A stretch of DNA of 61,758 nucleotides, filler included, from Collodictyon triciliatum (taxonomy: Eukaryota), in assembly GCA_043381765.1 (NCBI GenBank). It is 5 parts of 5 records of this genome, joined end to end, with 100 filler letters (N's around TTAATTAATTAA, not from the genome) between each part and the next. Parts side by side here need not be neighbours in the genome. Positions count along the whole stretch, not along the records: positions 10,141 to 31,388 come from JBHJMP010000292.1; positions 31,489 to 39,641 come from JBHJMP010000293.1; 3 more parts are not named here. One strand, given 5' to 3'. This document shows, in pieces, positions 23,632 to 37,872 of this stretch. The notes under the pieces were generated by a model, which did no database searches, was not told the DNA's origin, and was given only the letters and a program-made list of their open reading frames with translations. The position numbers and the translations under genes are program-made. Each line of letters opens with the position of its first letter. Positions within the stretch are counted from its first letter, which is position 1.

Positions 23632-26600
23632 TAAAAGGATATTCCTGTGTTATGCGACGTGCCTACCGATTCGTGGCGCCTGTTTGATGATCCGAGCCAT
23701 GTGATACAAGCGAAATGGTGAATAAGGGGAGAAACCATGCTTGATTGGGAATCTTGGCTTTTCTTTCTCTTTTTTTTTTCTTCTTATTGGCGCAAAAGTG
23801 GGTGGGAGAGCATTGCGCACACAAGAAGCAAAGAACACAGACCAATCAGCAAAATCCGGTCGTCTGCGTTGGTGGCTGCTCCGTCCCACTGGACCAGAAA
23901 CTCGGTCTTGATTCGCCGACTGGCTTCAAAGTCGCCTTCAGAGCTGTTGCGATTGAATGTAAAATGGTCATGGTCATGGTCATAATTATGGTTGTGATTG
24001 TTATTTCGATTGTGACTGTGATTACCGCTGGCAAAGAAGCGAGTCAATCTCGTCGATGAAGATAATCGCCGGCTGATGACACCGCGCAACAGCAAACATC
24101 GCACGTACCATCTTTTCTCCCTCGCCAACCTGGAATTCAGAATCATTTGTTTACAAATATAAAGGTTTTTTTTTTCTTGAGTGAAGAATTACAACATATT
24201 CTTTGTCGCAAAAGAGAAAAAAAAAGTCTTAAGAAACAAACAAACAAAAAAAAGCACGGTAGTCGTTTGAATGTATGAATGCAGAGAAAGCAACACATCA
24301 CACACCCATTTACTTGTCAGTGAGCTGGAAGAAATGCTAAAGAATGTTGCGCCAGCCTGCAAGGGTCGTTTTCTGTTAGCAATCTTTCCATGATGGAGAT
24401 AGATGATAGAGTTATCCTGAATGCGGGGAGAGAAAAGTGCGTGCCTCTAACCCACCTCACTTGCAATCGCCTTCCCAATCATCGTCTTGCCTGTTCCCTT
24501 TCAAAATAAAATGAAATTGCAAAAGTGATAATATATGCAATAAATGACTCAAAAAAGTAGCGAAGAAGGGGAAAGAGAGAGAAAGCGTTGAAGGTAGGCG
24601 GTATAAATTATAATCAAAGAATGTCGCTTTATATACATTAATTTTTTTTTTTTGGAAAATATTGTCGAATATATAGAAACATCCCATTCTGATTATTAAT
24701 GAAAAAGTGGTTGGCCGAGAGGGTATGTTGTATAGAATGGGGAGTTATCGACTCACTGGAGGGCCAAACAGCAGCATCCCTTTTGGAGGGCCGCGTAGGC
24801 CAGTAAATATGTCAGGTCGAAGCATCGGCCACACAACAATTTCCTGCACGCACTTTTTGGCAAATTCAAGACCCGCTTTTTATATGTGTAAGGGAAAAAT
24901 TAATATAGATAAAGAAAAGATAAATAAAAAAATAAAAAGAATCAGATGCAGTTTCAAATATTGAACTGTGAGATCAGTAAATCTAACATTTGAAATGAGA
25001 ATAAAAACTAAATAGAAAAAAATTTAAATAAAAGGAGTCAAAAGGTATCCATAATTCATACCAATATCGCTCCATCCGACGTTTGGGCTTCGGTCGATGA
25101 TTTCGTTGCTGATCATTTCAATCATCTTAGGCTCGATGTTTCTGAGACGCTCATCCAACATCCATTCCTCTACTTCTCTAGATAAAAAACCATTCAATCA
25201 CAAAGGATACGGCAAAAAGTAGACTGCGAAAAGAGTCGTAGCTCGAAAGGACATATCTACAAATTATTTGTCCTTTTTTTGGTATTAATTAAAATGAATT
25301 AAGTCAAAGACTTTTTCGGCCCGGCTCCAGACATTCCTCCACTCTGGTTGCGGTCGTCATCCTTTTTCGCAAAGGGTGGTTGGAATTTGCGCTTTCCTCC
25401 TAGCGATTTGCTTTGGTTTCCAACAATTGTGTTTGCGGGGTTGTACGTGCGACCACTGCCATCGGACGAATAGGATGGTGCATTTCCACTATACCCGCTG
25501 TTGGTATTACCGCCCACGCCTCGGTTCTTTTTCATAGAATCTATTTTCTGTGCAAAATGAGCAATGAGTTATTTGATTGACGTTTATCGCTGATATGACA
25601 AATTGACAAAAGCAACCTCCTGAAAGGGAATGTACTTTTGAAAAAAAAAAGTTCAAAAGAACACAATGAGGTCGCGCAAAAAAACATTATAATTGGAACA
25701 AAAAAAAGACAAGACATCAATTTTAAGTAGAGTAGAAATTCACGTGTATAAAGGAAAGCAGTCAACAGCATATCAATTCAAAACGGCGGGGATGACTAAC
25801 CAGCTTTTCATGTGCTGTTATGAAATTCGGTGCCCCTTCTTCATTATCGTCTCCTCTGGAGGGCTGGTTTCTTGGTTGGTTTCCAAATTTACCCGCGTTA
25901 GAATATTCGTCTGAAGAGCCCCATTTTGTGGTTTGCTGCTCTAACTTTCCCTTTTGTTATAAAACATGATTGATATATGGAGATTTTTAAAAGAATGAGG
26001 AAAAGAAAAAGAAAAAACATTAAGTGAAACATCGTTCTGTAAAAAAAAAATAATCAGCAAGTTTAGTGTTGGCTATTTTGTTCACAGAAACCTTCTTTTG
26101 CCCTATGCGCGCAAAGTCTTCATCGATGGCATCGTCAAAAGCATTTGGGCGCGAGTTTTGTGCTGGTTTCTGCAGATTTGTTGGTGGGCGCGATTGGAAC
26201 ACTGGGAAAAATAGACCGATTTATTCGCGAGTATCTCTAGAAATAATGATTTTTTTTCAAAAAAAATTAAATGAAAACAACCAGTACGACTTTTTGTTTC
26301 AGAAAACATCAGAGACAAGGCCTGGAAATGTACACCTGTATCCAATGATGAATTTTTTTTCAAATCAATGGAGCACTCTGAGAGATACCTCTTTCATTTG
26401 CAGAGGAATTCGAGTCCAGTCGACGAAGAGAATTGGATGGGTCGTGTCCATACGGGCTTTGAGCAAATGAGGGCTGGTGGCGCGGACTCTCTATCGGCAC
26501 CGACTTTGGTATTTGGGGAGGTGGTGAAGTGGAGAGAGATCTTTGCGGATTTGCTGCAGCCCAAGACTGCGGCTTTTCTTGTGGAACAGAGGAGACTGTT

Positions 26601-27055
26601 CGTTGGGCACTTGGATTGGAAACCGGCTTTGGCAAGCTGACTTGAACAGGGGAGCACAGTGCATCAAAGAGACTGTTTTTGGAGCGCATCGAGAGGATCC
26701 ACTTGGCCTCGTCTCGCTCTGCCTGGATCGAAGGGATCCTGCGCATGTTTGCAAAGGGCCTTTGTGGGATGATGTCGTTGATTTCCTTCTGCACTTGTGC
26801 CATGGAAAGATCCGCCGTCTTGCAAACTGATGCCGTGTGTGTGAGGCAAGCGCGTTGCAAGCTGTTGACAACCCTTGCAGGCGAACCGGTGGTTTGCTCG
26901 TCGGCGATGCAGCTTGCCAGGAACGTGGCGATTCGGGCCTGAGAAAGGGTCGCAGGCAAAAAGGACACCTGCAGAAGATCCTCCCTGGAAAACAGATCCG
27001 CCTCGAACAGCGCTTCGTGGTAGACGTCGGCAGCTTTCGGCGTGTTTCCTTGCAT
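22512..27055 (-). CDS. FIGNL1: Fidgetin-like 1 AAA+ ATPase
   Basis: [76 protein letters not shown]. Last exon 22544-22512 gives [13 protein letters not shown]. Start codon uncertain. Confidence 0.92.
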
Positions 27056-27390
27056 TTCTTTTCCAGGACTGTTATTAATGTTTTTAGGTTTTTTGTTCTA
27101 GTTTTTTTGTTTGTTTGTTTGTTTGTTTGTTTGTTTGTTTGTTTGTTTGTTTGTTTGTTTGTTTGTTTGTTTGTTTGTTTGTTTGTTTTTTTTGTTTTTT
27201 TTTGTTTTTTTGTTTGTTTTTTAAAAATAATTGAAGTCACAATAACAGCAGTTTACAACAAGATCNNNNNNNNNNNNNNNNNNNNNNNNNNNNNNNNNNN
27301 NNNNNNNNNNNNNNNNNNNNNNNNNNNNNNNNNNNNNNNNNNNNNNNNNNNNNNNNNNNNNNNNNTCTTTTTTTCTTCTTTTAATGGTAG

Positions 27391-29809
27391 ACACTACTTT
27401 GGTTTAGGTTTGAATAGTAAAAATGTGAACATCATGGGAAGTATTTACAGGGACCTCGGAAAGTATTTTGTTTGTTTGTTTGTTTGTTTGTTTGTTTGTT
27501 TGTTTGTTTGTTTGTTTGTTTGTTTGTTTGTTTGTTTGTTTGTTTGTTTGTTTGTTTGTTTGTTTTTGTATTTATCCATGTGTCTATGTTCAATATTTGG
27601 CATGACTGACTTGCTAATCATTCGTAGGCACGAAAAAGCATTAGAATTCTACGAAAAATCAATCAAAATGCGACTAGAAATATATGGAGAAGCCCATCCC
27701 GATGTTGCGACATCATATAATAATATCGGAGCTGTTTACAAGAATCTTGGAAAGTATATAATTCACCTTCAATTTTTCTATTTAACTCTGGAAGAAAATA
27801 CTTACATCAAAATTTTAGTTTATCTTATCAATCTTGCCTAATAATCAGATATGACGAGGCGTTGGAATACCACAATAAATCTCTTAAGATTCAATTGAAA
27901 GTTCATGGGGAAATCCACCCTGATGTAGCAGAATCGTATCAATATATTGGAGTTGTTTACAACAAAATTGGAAAGTTTGTTACATCTACTTATATATTTA
28001 TATTCAAGAACTGATGTATCATATCAAAATTTAATCAGGGGTGAAGAAGCCCTAGATTACTATTACAAATCACTTGAGATTCGACAGAAAGTGTACGGAG
28101 AAATACATTCCGATGTTGGAGGGTGCTATAGTGATATTGGAGTTGTCTACAAGAATCTTGGAAAGTGAGCTTTTTTTTTCTTGACTTTGCTTTGCTTTTA
28201 TGCTTTTATGCTTTTATGCTTTTATGCTTTTATGCTTTTATGCTTTTATGCTTTTATGCTTTTATGCTTTTATGCTTTTATGCTTTTATGCNNNNNNNNN
28301 NNNNNNNNNNNNNNNNNNNNNNNNNNNNNNNNNNNNNNNNNNNNNNNNNNNNNNNNNNNNNNNNNNNNNNNNNNNNNNNNNNNNNNNNNNNCTTTTATGC
28401 TTTTATGCTTTTATGCTTTTTTGCTTTTTTGCTTTTTTGCTTTTTTGCTTTTTTGCTTTTTTGCTTTTTTGCTTTTTTGCTTTTTTGCTTGGATATTTGT
28501 AAGGTATCCTGAATTGGAGAAATCATATTTTGTAGTTTATGTAACTAATTTTTTGCCTCATACCCAGGTATGATAAAGCGCTTGAATATTATCAAAAATC
28601 ACTTGAAATCCGACGGAAGGTGTTTGGCGAAACCCATTCTGATATTGGGACGGCATACAACAATATTGGAGTTGTCTACAAAAATCTTGGAAAGTAGGCT
28701 ACTTCACTCTATTCGAATCAATATTTGAGCCGTATGCTTAGTTTTCAGGTTTTTTTGTTTTATGTAACTAATCTTTTGACTCAACCAGGTATGATAAGGC
28801 ACTTGAATACCACAGCAAATCCTTAGACATTCGACAGAAAATATTTGGGGAAGTTCACCCTAGTGTTGCAACGTCATACAACAACATTGGTGTCGTCTGC
28901 AGGGATTTTGGGAAGTATGAGCAATTCTATATAATTGTGTGAAGCACTTGTAAAATATCCTGACTATTCAGTAGGAAGCAAGAGGCCCTCGAATACTTTC
29001 AAAAAGCGCTTGAAATTCGGCTGAAAGTGTTTGATGAAGCGCATCCTGATGTTGGGATGTCGTATAACAATATCGGATTTGCTTACAACAGTCTTGGAAT
29101 GTATGTTCTCATTGTATTTTTCTTGGTTGTCAATTATTGATTTGGTAAATTTTGGATAGGTATGAAAAGGCCCTAGAATTTCTACATAAAACACTTGAAA
29201 TATATCTGAAATTTTTTGGGAGCGTCCACTCAGATGTTGCAAAGTCATATAATAATCTCGGAAATGTTTACGAGAACCTCAAAGAGTATGTTTTATTTGA
29301 TGATTTTTATCATTATTTGTTTATTTGTTGAATAAAGAGAGGAAATCATATTGTTTGTCCATTTTCGATTTGTTAGGTGCGACAAAGCGCTGGAGTATTA
29401 CGAAAAAGCACTCACCATTCGTCTGAAATTGTTTGGGGAGATACATCCTGATGTTGGGACGTCATACAATAATATTGGAGTTTTTTACATGAATAATCAA
29501 AAGTACGAAAAAAAAATTCATATATTTATAAACTGTTTTTAAATTCACCGACTATCTCATAGGTGCAATGTGGCACTTGAATATTTACACAGAGCACTCG
29601 CTATTCGATTGAAATTGTTTGGAGAGGGGCATCCGAATGTTGGGGATTCATTTTACAATATTGGAACTGCTTACAATTCCCAAGAAAAGAATCAAGAGGC
29701 GGCTAAGATGTTTGAAAAAGCGAGAGATGTGTACGGAGATGTTTACGGCGGTGGGCACGCCAAGACCAAGGATGCTGAAAACAAAATGGCTGAGTTAAAA
29801 AGATATTAA
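27391..29809 (+). CDS. TPR-repeat protein (42-aa kinesin-light-chain/TPR_12-type repeats), 5' end lost in the gap
   Basis: Repeats such as ALEYYEKALTIRLKLFGEIHPDVGTSYNNIG. Eight internal exons of exactly 126 nt. TAA at 29807-29809. Confidence 0.92.
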
Positions 29810-30866
29810 GATGCGGAGCTTACTTCTAAACCCCTTCCTTCCATTGAACCAAAAAAGAAAAAAATCATTCTTCTTTTCAATTTTGTGCAGGATGGTGGAG
29901 ATGTTGGCAGTCGAATAAAGAAATTAACATGCGGAGTTTACTCTCCACTTAACAAACGAACCTGTCATTCAGCAATTCACTCATTCGAAAATGTCTCACA
30001 CATACATAAATTCAGTTTTACTCCCCTGTCTATGAAACGCGCATATGTGTTTTATTGCCCGTTCATTTGGATAATATGACAGCGATAGTCGAGTTTTAAA
30101 GAATTGAAACAAAATCGATACAAGAACCAATATTGTATAATCAGCATATAAACCTTATAAAATAAATTGACCTGGTGATATTTTTGTAAATTCAGTCGTC
30201 TGATTTATTTTTTGTGCTTTTGAATTCCCCATCACGATGTAAAATAACAAAATGATATGCCAAACAAAATGGTCTATTTTTTGTCATGCTCATTCGCACA
30301 TTTATTGTCAGTCTTCAAATTACATTGAATTTAGTCCGATATTTCAAAGAGAGAATGACAACCCTTTACCTGGATACTTCATTTTAACGTTTTTGCTCTC
30401 TTTTTTCTTTTTTCTTTTTTCTTTTTTCTTTTTTCTTTTTTCTTTTTTCTTTTTTCTTTTTTCTTTTTTCTTTTTTCTTTTTTCTTTTTTCAATGGCGCA
30501 CCGGTTTCGGATATGAAAAGGAAACTGTCCTCTTTAAGAAAAGAAAAAAACACGCATTCCCCGCAGATGACTATACTGTATCGGTTTATCGCCTCTGAGA
30601 GTACCGTGGCTTGCTAGTGCAGGAGAAAGAACGCATGCCTCTCACGAATGTATCGATTTCCTGTGGCGTGTTTAAGTCCGCAAAGCCATCGCCTGGTACA
30701 CACCCGAGGACGGCGCGTATCAGAGGACTGCAAACCTCTTGTGAACTGGCCACAGTAATCATACCATATGCGGAAAATAATGTAATAATTTTACCCCATC
30801 GCCTTCATCCGGGCGTTGGGGCTGCAACAAACAAGGCGGCAAACTCTATGGCAAGCAGCAGCGAGG

Positions 30867-31031
30867 ATGGACCGGACACCAGAGAATGTGTACATTTCTG
30901 AGAGCGAGTCACTTGAGTGGACAGTGGAGGAGACAAACTACTTTGTCTCGCTCTTGCGGCAGTTTCGCCCGGCCTTGAGCAGACCACCCATCACTAAGGA
31001 CTGGCCGTACTGGCCCGTGATCGCCGCAAAA
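30867..31031 (+). CDS. First exon of a SANT/Myb-domain protein (DMAP1/Swc4-like SANT), truncated by the linker
   Basis: WTVEETNYFVSLLRQF...WPVIAAK followed by a GTAAGT donor. Confidence 0.55.
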
Positions 31032-31432
31032 GTAAGTCCTGCTAACTGATCGTTCATGAAAAAGGCTGCAGCTTCTTTGTCCTGAAGCTTTTGCCGAATT
31101 ATCAAAAGAGAGAGAGAAGATGAATATAAGAAGAAGAAAAATATTGGCTTTTGATGTATCGATTTAGAGTCTGTTTATTCTTTTATTCTTTTATTCTTTT
31201 ATTCTTTTATTCTTTTATTCTTTTATTCTTTTGTTCTTTTGTTCTTTTGTTCTTTTGTTCTTTTGTTCTTTTGTTCTTTTGTTCTTTTGTTCTTTTATTC
31301 TTTTATTCTTTTATTCTTTTATTCTTTTATTCTTTTATTCTTTTATTCTTTTATTCTTTTATTCTTTTATTCTTTTATTTTTTTATTTNNNNNNNNNNNN
31401 NNNNNNNNNNNNNNNNNNNNNNNNNNNNNNNN

Positions 31433-31444
31433 TTAATTAATTAA
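31433..31444. other. Artificial six-frame-stop assembly linker
   Basis: N44-TTAATTAATTAA-N44. Confidence 0.95.
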
Positions 31445-31488
31445 NNNNNNNNNNNNNNNNNNNNNNNNNNNNNNNNNNNNNNNNNNNN

Positions 31489-31530
<42 letters not shown>

Positions 31531-31671
31531 TATAAAAAAAAAAAAAAAGAAAAAGAAAAAGACTACTGTAATCCAAACAAAATTATCGAATATCTAGTCT
31601 TTTATTCATCTTTAATGGTTTCAAAAAAAAAAAAAGATTCTGAGCGTCCAAAAATATTCGCTTCGTTGTAG

Positions 31672-32472
31672 GATTTTTGACAGCAGCTCTCCAGAATTAT
31701 GCTAGAAAGTATCAGATACCAGTTGACCAGTTGTCCTTCTCCTTTAAAGTGACAAACAAGATAAACCCTAAAGAACTTCGGGCTCCGGAAGTGAACATTT
31801 AAAATATATACTTATTGTGGTGAACATGTGTCTGAAATAGCATTATTAACTTTTTCCTTCCTTTTGTAAATCAGAAGCCCTATATATTCATATTCATATT
31901 CATATTACTACTATTGCGTGATGTTGACAAGCAAAAATGACTCATCCGTAATTATGATCTATCACATTCAACAGGTTTTTTTTATTTTAAAAAAACAATA
32001 CAACCACACAGGACGGAGTATATGTACATGGGCTCTTTCTTGAAGGTGGTCGCTGGGATGTGAACAGAGGAGAGCTTGCCGATGCCACGCTTGGAGAACT
32101 GTTTTCAGTACATGAGTTTATCGATTAATCCAATTAGTTACATCCTCGATTTAAGCAACCGTTTCAAAAAAAAAAAAAAACTCAAACTCCTTTACGTGCT
32201 TTTCATCCTCTCATGCTAACATAAAATGATTACACCTATTATTTCAACATGCCCAGCCGATGCCAGCTATTCTGTTCCAGCCGAAAGAAAACCATGTGCC
32301 GAACCCGCGTGATTACCCGTGTCCCGTGTACAAAACCACCACACGCGCAGGGACGCTCAGCACCACCGGCCACTCCACAATCTTTGTGATTACAGTGACT
32401 TTGCCGACTTCCTCATCACCGGATCTGTGGGTCAAGCGCGCCGCCGCCCTGATTTGCCAGCTCAATGAATAA
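31672..32472 (+). CDS. DNAH: Axonemal (inner-arm-type) dynein heavy chain, last three exons
   Basis: GFLTAALQNYARKYQIPVDQLSF, GVYVHGLFLEGGRWD, YPCPVYKTTTRAGTLSTTGHST...WVKRAAALICQLNE*. Confidence 0.93.
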
Positions 32473-32549
32473 ACAGCTTTTATTCCGCTCTTGCCACAAT
32501 AATCTGACCGGGTCAATATTCTCACCTGAATACATAAAAGGTGGTGATG

Positions 32550-32653
<104 letters not shown>

Positions 32654-32764
32654 CAACGACGCGTGGGCGTATTGCCAAAAATCACAGCGCTTGCGGTAAA
32701 GTACAACAGATCAGGCTTTGACAACAGCAACGCAGAGGCGTTTATATTGCTTCCTTGGCGGGCA

Positions 32765-35298
32765 TCATGAGTCTGAGATGATGGATTTGCGTCTGGAGGG
32801 CGACGAAGTGTGTGGGGTTCTTGCGCTCGCGTCCGGTGATGGGATTTCCCCGCGAGAGACCGAGCCGCGAGACATGCGTCGGGACGTCGTCGGGACGTTC
32901 GGAATCGGCACTGGCATCGGCGTGGACGGAGACCGCGACCCGGAATGGAGCGAATCCCTACGCAGGAGCATGTGTGAGCTGCCCCATGACATGCTCGACC
33001 GAGTCACAGCCCGCACTATCTCCGGGCCGACCTGCTGTGCTGTTCCTCCGGGCCCATAGCGGTCCCAGTTGGGCGGCGGTCCTTTTGTCTGAGAAGATGA
33101 GATGAGATGAGATGAGATGAGATGAGATGAGATGAGATGAGATGAGATGAGATGAGATGAGATGAGATGAGATGAGATGAGATGAGTTTTGATGAGATGA
33201 GATGAGATGAGTTTTGATGAGTTTTGATGAGTTTTGATGAGTCGTGATGAGACGAGACGATATCTCATGAACGACAACCAAAGCTTAGTCTTGTGTGTAA
33301 CAAAACAGCAATATGTGGGGCAAGAATGAGGAAAAGGCACCGATATTAGTAATGTTTTATTTCTTTCTACGTTTTCATAACAGATGAAATGATTGTTTGG
33401 TACCAGCATTTGTAGAATAGTAAAGCATAACCACGCAACTTCTGCATTTTCCCCGGTAACTAGGAGCTATTGTTATATATCTTTTATTTTTCTTTTACAT
33501 ATTCTAGCAGAGTGTGAAAAAATATAAAGGCACAAAACATATCAATTTCCATTAGCAATCGTAATTTAACAACGCTTTGTTTTGAAAAATGGAATGCTTC
33601 AAAAAACCATTTGGAAAGATATCGCGGTCTTGGATAACATGATATAATAGTTTGCGTCTGTTCCTATTGTCTGCTCCATGTGCTCGATGGTTTGGTCCAG
33701 TTGCGGCTGGAATTCTTTGAAGCGTGTTCTCAAAAGGTCAAAGCTTTCCTCCGGCTATGATATGAAATCAGGTTATTGCCCAAATGTTAATCATACATAA
33801 ATAATATAAATAAATAACTTAATTAATCTAATCAAAAAGTAAATACATAAAATCCGCCAGAGAAACGAAGCTTAAAAAAAAGAAAGAGAAACCAGGGTAA
33901 ATTCAGTGTGGTACAGAAAATATTACTACAATAATAATAGCAAATAAATTCACCCATTTATATCTTACATCTTCAAAAGGGTAATTTACAATCGTCCCCA
34001 TATTAGAATACACTTTTTCCTCCAGAAAAGAGCTGAATATTTCAAAACTGACTCCATCCACTCGTGTGATAGAATATTGATAAACTTCATGTATCTATAG
34101 AAAAAATTGTAGAAAAAAAAGTAAAAAGAAAAGTAAAAAGAAAAAGTAAAAAGAAAAAGTAAAAAGAAAAAGAAAAAGAAAAAAGAAAAAGAAAAAGAAA
34201 AAAGAAAAGAATAAGAATAAGAATAAGAAAAAGAATAAGAAAAAGAATAAGAAAAAGAATAAGAAAAAGAATAAGAAAAAGAATAAGAAAAAGAATAAGA
34301 AAAAGAATAAGAAAAAGAATAAGAAAAGAATAAGAAAAGAATAAGAAAAAGAATAAGAATAAGAATAAGAATAAGAAAAAGAATAAGAATAAGAAAAAGA
34401 ATAAGAATAAGAAAAAGAAAAAGAAACAGGGCAACCACATGAAATTGTAATGTCAAAGTTATAGCTGACATCAGTCAGTGAAATGAGTTACATATAAAGT
34501 AGGGTAAATGATTTTTTTTTTCATAAATATCCAGCTATGGCCTTGTACTTTTTCGTTTTCCACACCAAGTCCAAAAGCCTTCACTACTATCCACAACTCA
34601 TTTACATCAATGGCTCCATTTCTATCAACATCTGCGGCTGTGTACATGTTCTATAATTTACATTATGAAATCGAAACAACCAAGTGCAGGTTAGTTATTC
34701 TGAATTAAGAAACTTTGCACAACTCTTAATTCGCTTTTACATTTTTTTCATCTATATTTTAAAGTCGCCTGGATACAGCTTTCATTTTGATTTCAGTCGA
34801 TTATAACCTGCATAAGTTCTTGACCACGTGCTCGGTCCTCTAGCCAACAATCCATCATCTGTTCCATAAAATTATCAAAGTCTAGAGGATTATCTTCGAG
34901 ACTGCATTTATGAATCAAAATTTAGTCACACGATTTTTAAATTTCTGGAAGATATATATTATTGAATTTTATTCGAGATAATAAAATTTCGTTTCACAGC
35001 TCTTTTAAGGGTCTTTATTACATATCGTGGTGAGCTACAAAAGAACTCCTCTGTCTTCGTGACTGCCGAGTGTAAATGTCGTCAGTAATGGATGGAAAAA
35101 ATGCAAGCGTTGTGGTCCACGCAGCTTTTGGTGTTATTGTAATAGTGCCAGTTGATGAGCCTGTACGTTTTGTGCAATATCCAAGAAAAAAAAAAGGGTA
35201 GTTATGCGATAAATTTTGCTTAGAAATGAAAAGTGCTCATTATATGCTCATAGTTTTTTTTTTATTTTGCTTTACTTTACTTCGCTTTTCTTTGTTGT

Positions 35299-35344
<46 letters not shown>

Positions 35345-35544
35345 AAGTCCCCAATGAAAATGATTGTAAATTATCATATCATACAGTTTAGTGGCCGTAT
35401 AGGCTTCGTGGATAAAATGTTTTGAAGGACGACACCGAGAATATTCCTATGTCAAATCAAAGTGGAATGTTGAATCGTCACAATTTTTTAAATTTTCAAT
35501 AAAAAGAAAATCAAAAAAANNNNNNNNNNNNNNNNNNNNNNNNN

Positions 35545-35597
<53 letters not shown>

Positions 35598-36921
35598 TAC
35601 ATGAAAACTTGAAAGACAGAGTCTTTCAGAGGAGTGTAAATGTAATTTGGCAGGGAACAAAATCGTGAGAACCATCTGCAACGAATGGACGATTTTACTT
35701 CGCGAATCAAGGTGAATAGAAAGTCATGCAGTTTCTGTTTGATAACAAGATATCGTTTATCATAAAACATATTGAATAAAATTATACTTTCTAATTATAA
35801 AATATCTAACCAAAGAAATGCATCACCTCAGGCGCTCTTCTTCCGTGCTTGTGGTAATGAAATCTCAACACAAACTCTGGGAGAGAAGGACGTAGCCTGA
35901 TGGCGAGGTGTGATATGTTTATTTGGAAAATGAATTCAGAAAGGATATAAGCCGTGAAGGAAAAAAAAAAAGGTATGTTTTGCATTTCGATTTCGACCGA
36001 TTATTGTTTTATTTTTTGCATTCGTACTTGGGATCAATCGAAGTGGCAACATATCGAGCATGGTATTCTTAAAAAAAAAAAAAATAGAAAGGAAGAAATC
36101 AGTTTTTAATAGACAACGTCTGGGTATGCTGATATCCTTTATGGATAAGAGTTATAATAAATAAATAAACATTATAAATATTCAATTTAGATCAGATTCG
36201 CAAACCACTATATATGTCAGCAATCAATATTTCCATGTATTGCTTTAGAAAAAACTCTGGAATTCGATCTGAAGAAACGGATGATATAATAGTTTCGGTC
36301 AACCTTATGAAACATTCTTGAAACATCTTGTCATGAAGAGCAGTTAAAAACAAACAAGAAACATGACACGCAATAACAAATAAATAAAGAAAAAAAGTGT
36401 GCCAATAAAAAAAGTTTAGAAAAATGGAACCGCGGGGAAGAACTCGAAGCCAATTCACTGCAAAATCGAAGGAGTCTGGTAGCGGCCAACCGTTGAAAAC
36501 ATCCTTAATAGACTGAAATTCGATTGTTACAATCTATCCAGTATCAAATATTGGACTTTCAGGTAATATTTGCTGGGCAAATATTAAATTGATAATGATG
36601 ACAATATTACATCATTGTAATCTATTTGGATAGGCTGCGTTGAGTCTGACCACATGTGAATCAGCTGATGAATCTTCATCCCTTTGGTAAATATGTCAAA
36701 CCAACATGAGCTGCATGACCACAAACACCCGATTTTTGTGTAAATATCAGGAATAGCATTCGATAAAATAAAAAAATATGTAGAAATATTCGGGGGTATG
36801 AAAATAATGTTGAGTATAATGGGGAATATCAGCTAAATTAAATGAAGTGGCTCTTTTCTTTCTTTTAAAAGAAAAGAAAAGAAAAGAAAAGAAAAGAAAA
36901 GAAAAGAAAAGAAAAGAAAAG

Positions 36922-36954
<33 letters not shown>

Positions 36955-37803
36955 GAAAAAAGAAAAAAGAAAAAAGAAAAAAGAAAAAAGAAAAAAGAAA
37001 AAAAGAAAAAAAGAAAAGAAACTGCACGTACGGAGTGATTCTTCCAGAAAGTCATCGCCTATTATATCAGTTTGGGTGTCAGAATCTTTCGCAGTAATCT
37101 CAGCTGTCTGCGTGGATTGTTCCGCACTCATGTTCTTGAGCATAGCCACCTAGTGGGTGTGAGCGCGCACTTTGTATTCAGAACATAAATCAACCATGGG
37201 TAATAATACAAAAGAGAGAAAAAAAGAAGAGAAAAAAGTGGGATTTTTCAGAAAGAAATGTTTTTACTCTAAAAAAATAATTACAACTATAGCAACATGA
37301 AAAATCTTTGTATGGGAGAGACACTTTTGTAACATGCTCTGTCAAGACTTCAACAGCATCTTTCATATCCGTGGACAGATGTGATAGAGTTTCTGGCTTT
37401 CGGATTTCAATAGGTGCGGCGCCATAGGCGGGTACTAATATCGTTTGAGTAATTTCTTTCCGTTAGCTATGAGAGCAGTACTACTAGCCAATATGCATAT
37501 AAAATAATTTAAAATGGGGTTGTATCCTTCGGCGACGGAGAACATACCGTTTGGCCGATAAAAAGGTAGATATATATTATTTTCGCAAAATAGGGTTACA
37601 TGTGCACCAGATGGCATTTTGATCAAACTCTTTGTAATCGGATACTAATTTATTTTTTTTGTTTTTATTTTTTTGTAAAAAAGTATGAGAAGATATTCGT
37701 GACGCAACCTTAGATTGTATAAAAGGTATACACCAATCATAATGGTAAAAACTATTTGATATATATATTTTTTATAAAAACAACCAAAAAAAAAAAAAAA
37801 AAA

Positions 37804-37872
<69 letters not shown>

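Noticed and set aside
33986-34471. Long low-complexity ORFs (poly-F/I/L/K) here and throughout the ORF track
   Set aside because: These are translations of intronic microsatellites or N runs.
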